Shown here: piece after piece, positions 36,121 through 49,941 of the stretch
How the letters are laid out: the number at the start of each line of letters is the position of its first letter
How positions within the stretch are numbered: the first letter of the stretch is position 1
From: Lama guanicoe
Lineage: Eukaryota
Direction of reading: 5' to 3'
Assembly: GCA_013239625.1 (NCBI GenBank)
Contig: MU054466.1
Coordinates: forward strand, 1,116,001 to 1,180,000
Length of the DNA: 64,000 nt
The notes under the pieces: generated by a model
Database searches by the model: none
What the model was told of the DNA's origin: nothing
The model's input: only the letters and a program-made list of their open reading frames with translations
Translations under genes and position numbers: made by a program

Positions 36121-36594
36121 AAGGGCCATCAAATTTAGTGTACCAAAAGTTGCATAAAAGTACATAAAATAACCGTTTTGGACTTTAAAACATTTCTTCT
36201 CCAATGCGACATGATCGAAAGTGACAGTTCCATCCCTAAGGTTAATTCTGAATTTGAAGAGACTCATCCTGAGAAGGTCTGAAACACCAGGTGGCCACTG
36301 AGAACGTGTGGCCGTGGACACGTCAGCTAGCTCCAGCGTCTCCTGAACAATTAATCCACTCACCCAAAAATGATGCGGACGACGTCTCAGACTCTGAGGT
36401 CTGTCTGGTCCTTAAGAGTTCTGACTCCAGGACCGATCTCTCTGGCCACACTGGAAACTCCCCTAAAGGTACAGAGCAGGCTGCCTTGTGCTTCTGAGCC
36501 CAACCCAGAGGTCTCAACTGCACCTTGGCTATGAGGTGGGAGAGGCTGAGGGCAGCGGGGCAGTGAGGGCCCGACGCTGCTCTAACAGCCTGGG

Positions 36595-36875
36595 CAGCTT
36601 CCCGTACAATCCTCTGGTGCCAAATGTGCTGTGAGATTCAGGATTTTTCAGACTTTCTGAAGGATAATATGGTACATACCCCTTACCTCGTATAACACAC
36701 AGGGAAGGGTCTGGAGTAACAGTCTATTCAAAACCATCAAAATCTCCCCCGTGACATGCAAAGATGTCCACTATCAGCAGCCTCACACCAGGTCACATCC
36801 AGCTTTGCTACCAAATGAGCTGTGAGAATACTTCCAGCGTTTGGAGTTTTTGGATTTTGGAACTGCAGATTCACC
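36595..36875 (-). mobile_element. MER46C-like (TcMar-Tigger) non-autonomous DNA transposon
   Basis: gccaaatgtgctgtgagattcaggatttttcagactttctgaaggataatatggtacatac ... ctttgctaccaaatgagctgtgag...gagtttttggattttggaactgcagat matches the reverse of the MER46C consensus. Confidence 0.7.
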
Positions 36876-38196
36876 GCCCCTGCTTGAAAGCCTCTGTGTA
36901 CGGCTTGTCACCCTGCTGCTTAAAAATACATTGATGCTTCTCACCAAAGAATTCAAAACAAAATCACAGAGAAGTCCTTTTTCGGCTTCTTCCTCCTTAA
37001 TTGATCTGATAAACCATCTATTTTTTAAAAGACACAGCGGATCGAACCTGAGTGTAATTCACAGGCCGCCGCGCAGTGACACCCAGGCTGCTCTGCAGAA
37101 TGAAGAGTTAGCAGGTTAAATGGCCAATCACTGCTCTCTGCTCCCCAGACTGAGTCTGACTCACTCCTACTGCTTCCAGTGTGACCCACCGAGCGTGATG
37201 GAAAAGAAACGGGAAGCAAGACCAGCCCTACCATCCATGCCACAACACTCACAACTCCCCTGTTTGAGGCAAAGCCACCCAATTCCCAGCAGTGCTCATT
37301 AAGATTCAGAGCATCAAGCAAAAACTTTGAGCAGAGCCGAAGCTACACAAATGCATAATTTATGAAGAAAGTCAGAAACTAGAACATACAGCAAACAGAG
37401 TAGCTACGCCACAGGAGGGGTGGGGGAATCGAGTTGTGGAAGAAAAGGAAAACCCGGTTTGCCTATAACCCCCCTCCCAGGGACGGCTGGGAAGATGAGA
37501 ACAATAAACCTCGCAAGAAGCACATCAAACAGATTTCTTGCAACCAGACCCTTAAACAAAACAGGCCCCTCCCGGCCGGGTCTGCGGGCGCGGCCGCCGC
37601 TGGTTTCAGTGGGACTGGGAAGGTGTGAACACCGTGTGTGACCCTGAGCCACAGGCCTAATTCGGGTTTAAGCACTCTTTTTTGAGGCCAAATTCTGTCT
37701 ATATTTCCCTGATTTTGAATCTACCTCTGCTCCCATAAAACAGTGTAATAAAAAGCAAAGACACAAGAAGCAACCTTTCAACATCGAAAATGAGAAAGTC
37801 TCGTCTGGGACTACTGGCTCAGATGTGCGCAGGGCCCCCCTTCCCACCCCACCCACACGCTCGGGACCAAGGCCACAGGCCCTCGGGAAACACAGGTTTC
37901 TAAAAATCTAATTAAAGAACTGCATACAAAATAGAGATCACAACTGCTTTAAACAAACAAAAGAAATCTCTTCTTAAAGGAATCCCATACTGAACATTTC
38001 TGTGGCTCCTTCATTAAACAGGAGTCCCCCCGGTGCCACCTTCGCAAACCTGGGTGTCTGTGACGGGGTTCTAACGCGACACATACACCCCCGGTCTGAG
38101 GAGCCAGTCCACTTGCACTGATGAGCTGAGTGAGGGACAAAAATGACTTCCTTGCCTTTTCTTGTAGTACCTTATGAGGTGAAATTTAAATGTATA

Positions 38197-39085
38197 TGTA
38201 ACGGGCACATGAAACGATGTTCAACATCGCTAATTATCAGAGAAATGCAAAATAAGACTACAATGAGGTATCAACTCACACCGGTCAGAATGGCCATCAT
38301 TAAAAAGTCTACAAATAATAAATGCTGGCAAGGCTGTGGGGGAAAAGGAGCTCTCCTACACTGCTGGTGGGAATGCAAACTGGTGCAGCCCCTATGGAGG
38401 ACAGTATGGAGGTTCCCTAAAAAACTAAAAGTAGAGTTACCATGTGATCCAGCAATCCTACTCCTGGGCATATACCCAGAGGGAACTCTAATTTGAAAAG
38501 NNNNNNNNNNNNNNNNNNNNNNNNNNNNNNNNNNNNNNNNNNNNNNNNNNNNNNNNNNNNNNNNNNNNNNNNNNNNNNNNNNNNNNNNNNNNNNNNNNNN
38601 NNNNNNNNNNNNNNNNNNNNNNNNNNNNNNNNNNNNNNNNNNNNNNNNNNNNNNNNNNNNNNNNNNNNNNNNNNNNNNNNNNNNNNNNATACTAAGTGAA
38701 GTAAAAAAAGAGAAAGACAAATATCATACATCACTTACACGTGGAATCTAAAATATAATACATGTGAACTTATTTGCAAAACAGAAACACTCACAGACAT
38801 AACAAACAAACTTATGATTACCAAAGGGGAAAGGGGGAGGAGGGGTAAATTAGTAGTTTGAGATTAGCGGATACAAACTACTATATACAAAATAGATAAA
38901 CAACAAGGTCTTACTATACAGCACAGGGAACTATATTCAATAGCTTGTAATACCTACAATGAAGAAAGATTATATATATGTGTGTAAGTATATCTACACA
39001 CATACCTACACACGACCGAATCCCTCTTCTGTACATCAGAAACTAACACAACACTGTAAATCAACTATACTTCCATTTTTTTAAA
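38197..39085 (+). mobile_element. 5'-truncated artiodactyl L1: ORF2 C-terminal Cys-rich region plus 3' UTR (spans the assembly gap)
   Basis: ORF 38143..38496 [64 protein letters not shown]; 3' UTR ...agaaactaacacaacactgtaaatcaactatacttc. Confidence 0.95.
38501..38688. other. Assembly gap, 188 N
   Basis: Run of n inside the L1. Confidence 1.
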
Positions 39086-42000
39086 GTATGAAACTAAAAG
39101 TACTTATTTGTCACAGAGATATAATATGAAGAAGATACATACACTTGCAAATTAACTCTACAGAATTCGACAATGTGCAGCCTAAACCCGTCAACCCTTC
39201 TGTTGAAGCCTGAGATCTGAGTGGAGGGGCGGTTGAGGGCACAGGTCAAAGAGCGCTATCTGTCACGAGCAGGAACATCGCACCACCCTTCCCGCGCGTT
39301 CCAGGTTGCACAACAGTTGGTCAGCAGGCAAAGTCTGCAGTGTGCGCCCTGTATCTCAGTAGGGCTGTTGGAAAAGACGTCTTTTCAAAGGATGTTCCAT
39401 GGTTTGGGACACCCTCAACAGAGCCTGAGGGCAGAGGGGGGCCCATCCGGGTCCTAATTACGAGTCCTAGTGTGCAAATGCACACACGCAGAGGTCACGG
39501 GTCCCAGGTGGCCATCACCTCTAGGAACGGAGAAAATGGGTGGTCCCTCTTTGTACCTGGCCCTTCTGTGAGTGTATTTTCAAAATTCAACCGTGAACAT
39601 ACATTACTTCTCTAAGCAGAGGGAAATATTATAAAAATGACTGCATCCCACCAGTCAAGGATTTTCACACGTGTGCATGTGTGTGCATATAATTGTTATT
39701 ATATCCTGAAGGTACACAGAGGAGCTCGTTGGGCTGGCTGAAGCTTACACTATTATCCAAGACGACGAGCAGGCCAGGTGCCGGGCTGGGGCGAGGAACG
39801 CAGGGCGGTGATTCCCCACAAGCCCACGGGGACAGTGTGTTCTCACCCCCTCCCGAGAGCTCTGCTAACCCAACTGCATGTGGGCCGACGACCAACAAAC
39901 ACCTGGTCTTGGCAAAGCAGGTGCAGCAAAGGGCTCTGTCTAAGCTCCTCCCTCCTTCCCGGGTTAGGACACAAGGCCAAGCCCACAGCTAAAACTGCTT
40001 TTATGGGAACAACGAGATTTTCTGATTCAATAAACAGATTGATTTCAAGGTTGTTTAGAGCTTCCCGTTATTTGATAAAACACCAACGCCGCCTTACCAC
40101 TCCTAATGTAAACTACAATTAGCAGCAGGGGGCTGACTCACTCATTCGGGACTAATCGCTCTTCCACCCTATTATCCAGCAATATGTCACCCATGGTGCA
40201 GACCTCATAAAAACAGTCTCAAAACAAACCAAAGTACACAGAGCTCCCACACCAGCTCAGAGCTACACCCGAGCGGCTGGAACACCTTGATGGCGGGCAT
40301 CTTCGCACGCAGAAGCCGGAGGCTGCTACACGGGGCTGTTCTGCTCCCACGCAGCCTCCTGGCTGGGCCAGCGTTACTGTGAAGCTGCTCTCAAAGGCCT
40401 CACCGCTCCCCACGGACTGACAACAGCACCGCAGCCCGGAGCTGGCGCGTGGGCCCCCCGAGTCGTCGAGGCAGACGCGTGTTCCAGGGAGACCAAGTCG
40501 TGACAATGGCTAACATTCCCCGGGGAAGGCAGAGCCTGGAGGAAGCCAGGCAGCTGCTACAGGGAGACAAGGAGGCCGGCACCAGGTGTGGGGAGAGCAG
40601 GAGAGAAAGAAACCCCTATTTCAAGGAGCACTGGGGCCGGCATGTGCCGCTGGGGGTATCGGAGAAGAAAGGTCCTGAGTGGCTGAGACTCCGCCCCCAC
40701 GGGGAACGCCGCAGGCGCCTGCCGTCTGTCCCCTCTCCTGCACATCTGATAGCCTCCCATGCGGTGGCCCCACCTTCTCAAGGCAGAAAATAAACACGAC
40801 TGTGTCTCAGACTGGCTTGCAGCTGAGGGGTCGGCGTGCGGCCTGGGCGAGACACACTCGCCCGAGAACTGGGTCCTCAGCCCAGCAATGCCGGGCCCCA
40901 CAGGGGTCATCCCCGTGTCCCGGCTGTTCAGCAGCCACAGAAGCCCCTTGAGGTCTTCACAGCCCCAGGGTCCAGCCTGGGTCTTCCTGGAGATCCTGCA
41001 ACGTGGTCCTTTTCTGCTGAACCTCCCGGCGCGGGCTCCGACACCCGGAACGTAGCACCCCGCGGGCCTGCCGTCGGCCCGCTCGTGGGGCACTCCGGAA
41101 CCTCCCCACCTCCGACCTGCCGTCCAGAAGTAGCGGAGCTGCCAGCACCAGCTTCAGTCTGGATGCCCGTGGGCTCAGGCGCACTTCTGGTGCCTGCAGA
41201 CTGAGTGTGCTCCGGGCTCGGGAAGATTCCTCACGGCGACGGTCCGGGGTGACCCAGCTCTGGCCTCTCGTTTCCTCCGCCCCTCCGCAGACTGGCCAGC
41301 TGGGCCGTGTGAGACTGCGGGCAGAGGGGCCGCCTGCTGGGGCAACCACACCTTGGGAAAACCTTTGTGTGTCTTCCGCCCCCTGGTTTGCCGTTGGCTG
41401 AGCTGGAGTAACGCACAGAATGCCCAGAGCTAAATCCAGTGATGATTTTGGCCTCTGAACGTTTTCTCCCCCCGAGAGCCTTCGGGGACGTCGGTGGCGG
41501 CTGGGGCTGGACCCGAGGAGGAGCAGTTCCCGGCCTCGCTGCACTCCGAGCGGCCACGGGGGCCGGAGACGGCAGCAGTGACCACGACCTTTGGAATCAA
41601 ACAGGCCCAGGATCCAGGGGTCAGTTCCTAGCCTTGCCTCTCACCAGCCGCTCTGAGTCCCAGGCTCTGCTCCTCACCACCGCCGCCTACTGCACACGGC
41701 TGTCGGGGAACCACGAGGAAAGGTGTGGGCCGGAGGTTAAAACAAGCACATCGGTGTAAAGACAGCAAGGCAAATGACGGCCCCAGGTCTTCCACGTACA
41801 GATGCAGGAAGAGCCAAGAACGTCCCGTTAGGTGGAAGAAGGACATCGCAGAGCAATGTGTACGAATGCAACTTCTGCCGAAGAGAAGGAGGGACATGCA
41901 AGTGTGTGTTCCACCTGCTAGAGGGACGCGCCAGAGACTGGAGAGCCTCGTGCGTGACAGAGCGGAGGGAGGGGGCGCTGGAGGGTCCTCTCAGTTCACC

Positions 42001-44339
42001 TCTCCGTGGCATCTGGGTTTCTGAACACATGGATGTATGTCACCTATTAAAAATGTGTAGAAAGGTAAACTGACAGAATCACCTATCATTCTCAAAGTCA
42101 AAGGAGTTGAGTGACCACAGTTAAAAATTTTAAAATACAAATACATCCTTTCTACCATTGAACACTTCAGCAATTTACCATCAGCCAAACTGCATCATTT
42201 TGTCACAATAAATTGATGGTGTTCATTTGGATTTTATTGGTTTTACAGTTGGATTTATATTTCATTTCTATGTTGGTTTTGGATCAAAAACTATATAAAA
42301 TTCCCTAACCATAAAGAATTCATATGTCGCATTCGTTTTTACATATCTCAGCAGCATTATAATAAAAATTCTATTTTCCTATTGTGAACGAGGATTTAAT
42401 CAATTTTTTTAAAAACATGGATGGAGGGCACTCAGACGTGTGGCGCACAGACATGCAGCAGGCAGCCACCCGATGAGGCCTGAGCGTCCCAACAACTGAC
42501 AACTGCCCGGCTCTGCGGCCCGGGGGTCTGTGCCGTGCCACCTGCCTGGTCAGACAGGGAGCCTCCAACCTGAGCAGCCCCCGCCAGTCATCCAGAGCGG
42601 TGCTTCACCCCGAGAAAGGCCCTCCTGATTGCACAGGGAGGTGTGCAAGGCAACCCTCCCCTGCACAGGCCTCCACGCGAGTGAGAAATGGATGCAGAGA
42701 TGCTCCATTTATCTACTGATAAATAGCTACTGTGACATATGGACACAGTGTGAGTGAACGAGGGGATGGGTGTACAGAGAAACAGACAGATGAGCAGGTG
42801 AGCAGCACAGACGGCTGGCTGGACGGTGGACGGATGGACGGATGCAAACGGAAGCCTGAGACTTGCCTCAGGCAACCACTCCCACAGTCTCATCACCAAA
42901 ACAAAGTGAGCACAACAGGACGACTCCCCAGATCCAAATTAATCAACAGTCTCCACAAAGGCAAGACGGGGGCGGAGACATTGCTCACCAAGAAAACCAC
43001 CGCACACCTGCAAGTATTTCTGAAGACTGCGCCAACACTTTTTCCGCGGCTAAGGAAGCCACTTCCTTAAAGATCTGCGAGTAGGAGCCATCATAGACAA
43101 CAGCAGCTCGGTGCCCGACCCCCCACCGCCCCGCAGCCCTGGAGCTGCACGCAGCTGCTCGCACTTCCAAACCATGACGACAGAGGATGAGCAGAGCCAG
43201 CGTGACACCAGTTCCTGGGCGGCACACCCATGTCTTTCTGACGCGGCCCCGGCTCGTTCTGGGGCGGGCTCAGCGCCGTGGACCCAGGGCCTGAGACGGT
43301 GCGGGCCCTCCTGGTAGCCAGCAGGAGGGACAGGTCTGCGAGGCCTACGTGTGTCGTGTGTCAGGCTGCGTGGGAACTCTGTGGACCTAACTCCGCCTCC
43401 AAACACAGGTAAATTCCACCACCAATGTTTCAGCTTCTGAAACCGCATCTTGGGAAGAGAAATGCCCTGGGACCCAGCCAGCATTCAACCCCCTTCCATC
43501 TACTTCGCAGCCGGCGTGTCCGTCACTAGATGAGAGGCGTAGGCCTCCCCTCCCTGGCCCCACACGGCCTCCCTGTCCCGTGAGCCCGCAAAGGGCGCAG
43601 GCACAGAACGACCTGCCGCGTCCTCCAGCCCAAACCAGCCTCACCGAGCCTGAGGCCAGGAGGCGGTTTACAAGTCGTCCGCTCTGTCTTCACTGCCTCC
43701 CCACTTTTTATTAACTCCACAAACTGAAACCTGAGAGGCTGCATAACTTTCATCACGAAACTATTATTTAGTAGAAGAGTAAGACCAACTCTCAAGCTGT
43801 CAGTAATTTCACTGCAAAACGCTGAGTTAAAAGCATCCAGTCTCTCTTTCCTCTTTGCCTGGCTGAAGATGTCACCTGGAGATTAAGCAAAGCTTGCCCT
43901 TATGCCCCGGCCCCACGGCCCCCCGGGAGTGCTGGTGGACAGCGGGGCACACCCCAAGACCAGGAGTGTATAAGCCCTTATTTCACCACGTTTCATTCAA
44001 ATCCGTACAAAAAAAAGCCCCCTATAGTAATGTTCTCAGACCCCAGAACTAGCAGCGCAGCCCTGACCCAGGGGACGGCGGGGACTGGAACGATGGTGGC
44101 AGCCCAGCCCCGCCCGCAGTGGCTGCGGGCAGGTGCTCCCTGTGCGCAGAGAAACCCTGAGCGCGCGGCCAGCCCGCAGACGCCACCTTCCGGGCCACGG
44201 GGCCGCGCCACGGCTACCCCGCTCCTGCAGCAGCCCCACTGCTCTGCCCTCAAAAGACCAGCTCACTCCTTCAGCCAAGGATTATCCCTAAATTGACAAA
44301 GAGGGAGGAAGTTATTTTTACCACTTTGTAATGCAAACA

Positions 44340-44931
44340 CCCTGCAGAGGCCCCCATGGTAACAGCCGGATGCCGTTCTCACAAAAGCCACTCCGCCCTC
44401 CTTTGGTACCAGCGTAGCTCAGGAGCTCAGGAACCTTCGGTTTCTGTCCAGCGCTTAACACGAAGCTCTAAAAAACTAAGTCCTTCCTTCCCCCGCTGCT
44501 TCCTGCGACCTCCCTTGTGTGGCTAAGCTGTATTATGGTTCAGTCTTCGGCTGAAACGGGCTTCGCGCTGGACGCTTGTTTTCCTTATGGGAGCCGGGAA
44601 CTTCGGCACCCGCCAAGCAGAGGCTGCCCGCATGACCAGCCCCCATCAACACCCTTGGCACTGAGCTTCTACGGAAAGTCCCTGGTCACCAACATTCCAC
44701 AAGTGTGGTCCCAGCTCGCTCCTGGGGGACTTGGGCGTGTTCTGTGCGGCTCCGGCAGAGGTGCCCTGGAACCTGTGCCTGGTTTCCCCCAGCCTCAGCC
44801 CGCGCACCTGCTCCCTGCACAGGCTTTCCTGCCTCCTTCCACTGTGATGGTCACAGCCACAAAGACCACATGCCGAGTCCTGGGAGTCTTCGGAGGGATC
44901 AGCGGAGGGGTGTCCTGGGGACAGGGACACA
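44340..44931 (+). mobile_element. MER68-like ERVL LTR
   Basis: gcagaggctgcccgcatgaccagcccccatcaacacccttggcactgagcttct...tccctggtcaccaacattccacaagtgtggtc...gtcctggggacagggacaca matches the MER68/MER21-group consensus and its ...ACA end. Confidence 0.7.
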
Positions 44932-46229
44932 GACCAGACAGCAACCGCGTCTTTCCCTACCCCGCTCACCCTTCAGAGGGCCCGCCAGCAATCACAGGCG
45001 GCACTGGGTGGGTCGGGATGCACCTCCCCCAGGCTCCTGAACTTAACGCTTCTTAGTACTTGATTACAAATTAGCCCTCTGGCCGATCTTAAGCTCTCAG
45101 AAAAACTATCATTTATGCCAAATCCCCCTCATCCTGAGCTTTCGGTGCTTTCACGGTTTCTTGATAGACTTCTCTTGGTGTGGAAACAGGATGAGATTTA
45201 GAATCATTTTCAATTTACTTAATAAAGTCCATGGCTTGCATTGCCTGGATGAAAGTGAGATTATTCTCATTGATGGAGATGCTTTTCATGACGAAAATAA
45301 ATGGCATGGTGAGCTGGGCAGACAGCAGCTCCACCGCGCACGGAGGAAAACCCCCAAGACACACGCACGTGGGAAGGCGCGAGGTGCGAAGCATCCCGCC
45401 TGCGACCCAGGAAGTGCAGGGGCCACCCTGCTGGCAGCAAACCTGCGGAATAGCGAGTACACCAGAGGGTGGGAGGAGAACTGGAATGCACGTGGTAAAA
45501 ACCTCCCGCCCGCCTGCGGGCCGTGGCCCCGGCTCTAACGCGGGGTGCTCGCTGCGGGGGCTCCATGGCCCGGGGCTTCGCAGCACCCACGCCCTCAGTG
45601 CTGACCCTCCTGGCGGGGATTCAGAAAGGGGCCGAGGGACAGCCTGTCTCTGCTCCAGGACGTCTGGGGCCGCGGCTGGCAGCGCACAAAGGCCAGCAAT
45701 GACTCACCCTGGAACCACCTGGAAGCTGCTTCTCTCATGCATCTGGCAATTGATGCGGGTGGGACCCCAGCTCTGCAGCCCTGGGACACCAAAGCGCAGC
45801 CTCCCCTCATGGCCTCCCACGCGGGGCTGCTCTGGGCTTCCTCGTGGCTCGGTGGCTCGGTTCCCAGCACGGGCGCCCGGGGAGAACCAGGCAGAGGCAG
45901 TGTTGTCTTTAGCCCCCAAGGCACAGGGCATCCTTTCTACCATGGTCACGGGTGGCCCAGACCCACGAGGACGGAAGAGGGACGCGGCCTCTCAGGGGAA
46001 GAAGTGTCACCGTGTGGGAGGGGCAGGCTGTGTGGTCCCCAGTCTGTGGTCCCGCTGGCCGCAGTTCACATCCGCCCACGTGCAAGTGCACCTGGCACCT
46101 CTCCAAGGCCCCGGGCCCCAGGATAGCCCCCGCGGCTTGACGACCAGATCTTGTCACCAAGATCACGTCCCGGGGTGGATGGGGCTCCTCACAGGACCCC
46201 TCTGGTCCAAAGGCCTGGGCACTAAGGAC

Positions 46230-46345
46230 ACATACATGGGGTGCACGGCACACACACGACACATACTCAAGGTGTACACTCTGCACACGCAGTACATGCA
46301 CGCACGGCGCATACATGGTGCACGCACACCACACACGCACACACG
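46230..46345. repeat. Degenerate CA-rich low-complexity tract
   Basis: cacacacgacacatactcaaggtgtacactctgcacacgcagtacatgcacgcacgg...cacgcacaccacacacgcacacacgg. Confidence 0.65.
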
Positions 46346-49300
46346 GCGGGCGGTACGGGAGAGCAGAGGCACCTGAGCCCGGTGCCTGCTTGGGGCTCTG
46401 GCTGGCTGCGGGGGTTGTGCTCTGGGGTGCATGGCGCCGCCCTCTCAGATACACGCCTGCCGCCAGCAGGCCCCTGTGGGGCTCCCGGGCCGGCGCACCC
46501 CCCTCCTCTGCTGTAGCCGCTCTGACTGCCCAGATCTGTCTCGTGCATGCGTCCTGAGACTCTCAGATGCTAAGAACCTTCACCAGACAGGAGACGTGAA
46601 CTGGTAACAATGTAGCCCCAGACCTTCCGGCTCCTAAGGACTGACCACCAGCACGCCGATTCCCAGAAAAAGCAGCTCCGGTTGCAGCTGGGCAGTTTTC
46701 TCAGCCTGCTGTCTGCCTGTAGAAGTTCGGGGATCCAAAGGCCTTTTTTCATTTTGTTCTGTTGCTTTCAGTCCAAGCAGACACATAATCTCTTTACAAA
46801 TTCTGTGGGGTTTGTGTATCAACTGATAATCCACTCCACCAGACAAAGCCACACCCATGAAGAGCCCTTTGTCCCCACCTCCCGGTCCGGGCTCCCTGTC
46901 CTTCCGACTCTCAGAGGCCGGCATCCGAGGGAAGGACCGTGGGGGAGGAGGCCCCACCGCAGCCCAGATCTGAGGCCTCAGCGAAGGCTCCCACACATCA
47001 GCCCAGAGATGCCACCTGCCTGGGGCCGTCTGTTCAGGTGAGGCCCCTTGGCCTGGAGATGAGGCTGAGAGCGAGACAGTTGATTTCTGACCCCGGCGGA
47101 TCCTGCCACTGTCCTGCAAGGCTTCAGCTCATCTGCTCCTCCCCGGTACTGCCACAGGCCCCGAGCAGACGCCAGGTGGCTCTTGGGATATTCTGCCTGG
47201 AAATCTCCTGGACTAGACTAGATGGCTGGTTCCAGCTAAGCCGTTCTGTGCGATTTGCTCTTTGCCACGACTGCCACCCCAAATGTGCCACCACCCACCG
47301 TGAGGAGCCCTATCCCTCTAGTTTGCAACGCCCACGCCCTCCCCAGGAGGGGGCCCCATCCGGCCAGGCACGTGCGCTCACCTTCTGTCCGTCCAGGCAG
47401 GAGGGACAGACACCCCTCCCCCCGGCCCTGAATGCTTCCGCGAGGCCCTCAGACTGGCCCTCTACCTGTCCCAAAGCCAAGGCCAAAGGCTTTACGGTTT
47501 TGTTATGGCAACAGCTGCTTCCAGCTTCCAAAATGTGTTCACGTCACCCACTGCTGTTCATCGCCCTTACCCATCATCATGGGACTGTGCACAAACCCCG
47601 TGGGATGAGAGCTGGGAAGGGCCCTGCGGCGGCGCCTGGCCCCTCTCGGAAGGGCTGACCTGCTAAAACCCCGCAACCTTCGTCCCCTGGTAAGGGTACA
47701 TCACACTGGGCTCTGAGAAAACATGAGGGACCTGTGACGTGACGACCAGGCCCCTGGCTGAACCCAGCCACTCCCAAGTCAACTGCAGCAAGAGTCCATT
47801 CAAACAAGGGGAAAAAGTTGTCAAATGCACAGGGCTGCGCTCCCCACGGGTGCCCCCCACACCAGCGCCTCCAGGATGAGAGAACGAAGTCTAAAACTCA
47901 CACCACCCACCACCCAAGAAGCAAGTTAAACAGAACATAAACCTGGGTGCCCCCCCATCAAAGAGAAGCACTGCAGGGGCCCCAGCGCCGCCGGAAGCCC
48001 GCCCGAGGGGCCCCGCACCCCTCTTGATGACCGCAAATGCACCAGCCCCTGAGGGGACCCACAGCCCTGAAGGCAAACATTAAAGACAGAAAAGCTGGAG
48101 TTACGACGCCTGCTAGCCTTTGAAAAGAGGGAAAGACAAAATTGGAGAGGGAAGTTCTATAACATGCAGACAGAAAGATAAACATGCTTCTTTTTCACTT
48201 TTTTTTTAAACATTTGCAAAGTCCTAATAGGTCAATCATCTCTTACTGATTCCAGTCCCATCTTGGAAGACGTGCGATGAGGACCCGGCAGAGATGAGCA
48301 GGTTTCCTTAAAGGGAAACGTAACCAGGAACAATACGAATGTAAGCAGTGGCAGCCCCAGAGAAGCTGCTTCCGGAGCCCCTGCTCCCACGCGCGCTTCC
48401 TCACAACCCGCATCCACGGTGACAGACCCTGTGAACCTGACAGCACGAACTAGCAACATCCCAACTAACCTGCCCAGCCTTTGGGTTCAAGTGCTAATAC
48501 AATGAAAATGATGCCGTACGCGTTATCGAGACACACTTACATCAGTCCAAAAAAATAAGTAAATATTATATTTTAATAAAGTTCCTAGCAAGCTCTCCTA
48601 AAAAAGATGTATCCCAAAGCAGCAGGGCAGCTGGCTGGTGGCCAGAACCCTTACAAGAAAAATCCTAATAGCTTGGCCAGATTATTGAAAGCATCAAAAC
48701 CAAAACTACATCCCACATACCATAGAAGCAGAGGGGATGCACACACTCGTGCAGACGTCCCAGAGAGGGAGCTGTCGGGCTCCGTCAGGCCCGCACACCC
48801 CAGCCCGCGGGATGCCCGAGGCGCTGCCAGACCCCCCTTGGAGAGTCACGGGTCCACTGCCGTTGCTGTGCTTTGCTTTTTTTCTACCTAATGAAACTAG
48901 ATGTTTAAGAAAAAGGCTGGGGAAACCCACCTGACCCCCACTGTGTGCTGCAGCAGACGTAAGCCCCGCATCAACTCACTTAATCTGTTTTTTTAAAGGT
49001 TTGAAATTCTAGCATCCGTCTCCCAACCTGCGTGGACGCCAGGCTACAGCAACCGCAAAGGCGGAAAGCGCAAGCCCAGCGTCTGCCGCGTTTCACAAAA
49101 CTGTGTACACAAACGGGAGCACAGGGTCATGGGACTGGCCCTTCTGCAAACACCGGCCAAGTAATTTTTTTTGCTGGTGTGCTCTCGAAGGTAGATTTAG
49201 GCTGAGTGCCTCTGTAAACACCTGCGTGCCTCTCAGACCCAGCCAACTAGTCCGTCCATCAGTTAACCCGGGGGGAAAACGAAGTGAGCAGAAAGGATCA

Positions 49301-49941
49301 CCGCCGAATTCAGGCGCTATGGCGTTCTTAACAGAGCGGGCATTCACTGAGCTCCTGCTGAAGGTTCTCGTACCCTCCCGGCTCTGAGTTCTGAAATACA
49401 CAAAAGCCAAAATGAAAAGGGGCAGTTGTCGCCAGGACAGATGTCACAGGGCTGTATCTCCAAGCCCTTGGCGGGAAGAAGTCCCACTCCCCAAATGGCA
49501 ATGCCCCAGGGAACGGACTGCAGCCCTGCTGATTAACGTCGCCACACTTGAGAAATACAGAGCAGAGCCCGCCTGTGATGGATACTTTCAATTACATGTT
49601 TAATTTTCAGTAATGGCTAGTTCTCTCTGCTGATTTTAAAGGCTGTACCCTTGCGCTGCGCTCACAGCCCCAGACAAGCCCCTCCACGCAGAGAGGGCAC
49701 ACGCATCCCTGACTTTGGGAGCAGAAGGAAAACGCGCGTGGCTGCCACGCCGGCGTCCCGTGGCTGCGGGGCACAGGCTGCCCATAGGCAGGCGCTTCGC
49801 GTCACACTGCAAGAGCAGCACACAGAAAGGGGCCTGCCTCTGACAGTCGGGGTGCTGGTGCCGGACGAGGAGCCGAGGCTCGCCTCCCACGTTCAGAGGG
49901 CTGACAGATCACTCAACACCACTTCCGTTTCTATAAGCCAA

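Noticed and set aside
38143-38496. ORF with a Cys-rich C-terminal motif as a host gene
   Set aside because: It is the C-terminal fragment of L1 ORF2 in a 5'-truncated element; the ORFs containing X runs are gap artefacts
45231-46376. 381-aa plus-strand ORF (and other 200+ aa ORFs such as 8094..8756, 10077..10772, 18865..19587, 25943..26722, 46939..47658)
   Set aside because: Pro/Gly/Arg/Ala-rich, no recognisable domain, overlapped by ORFs in several frames; expected by chance in GC-rich DNA where stop codons are scarce
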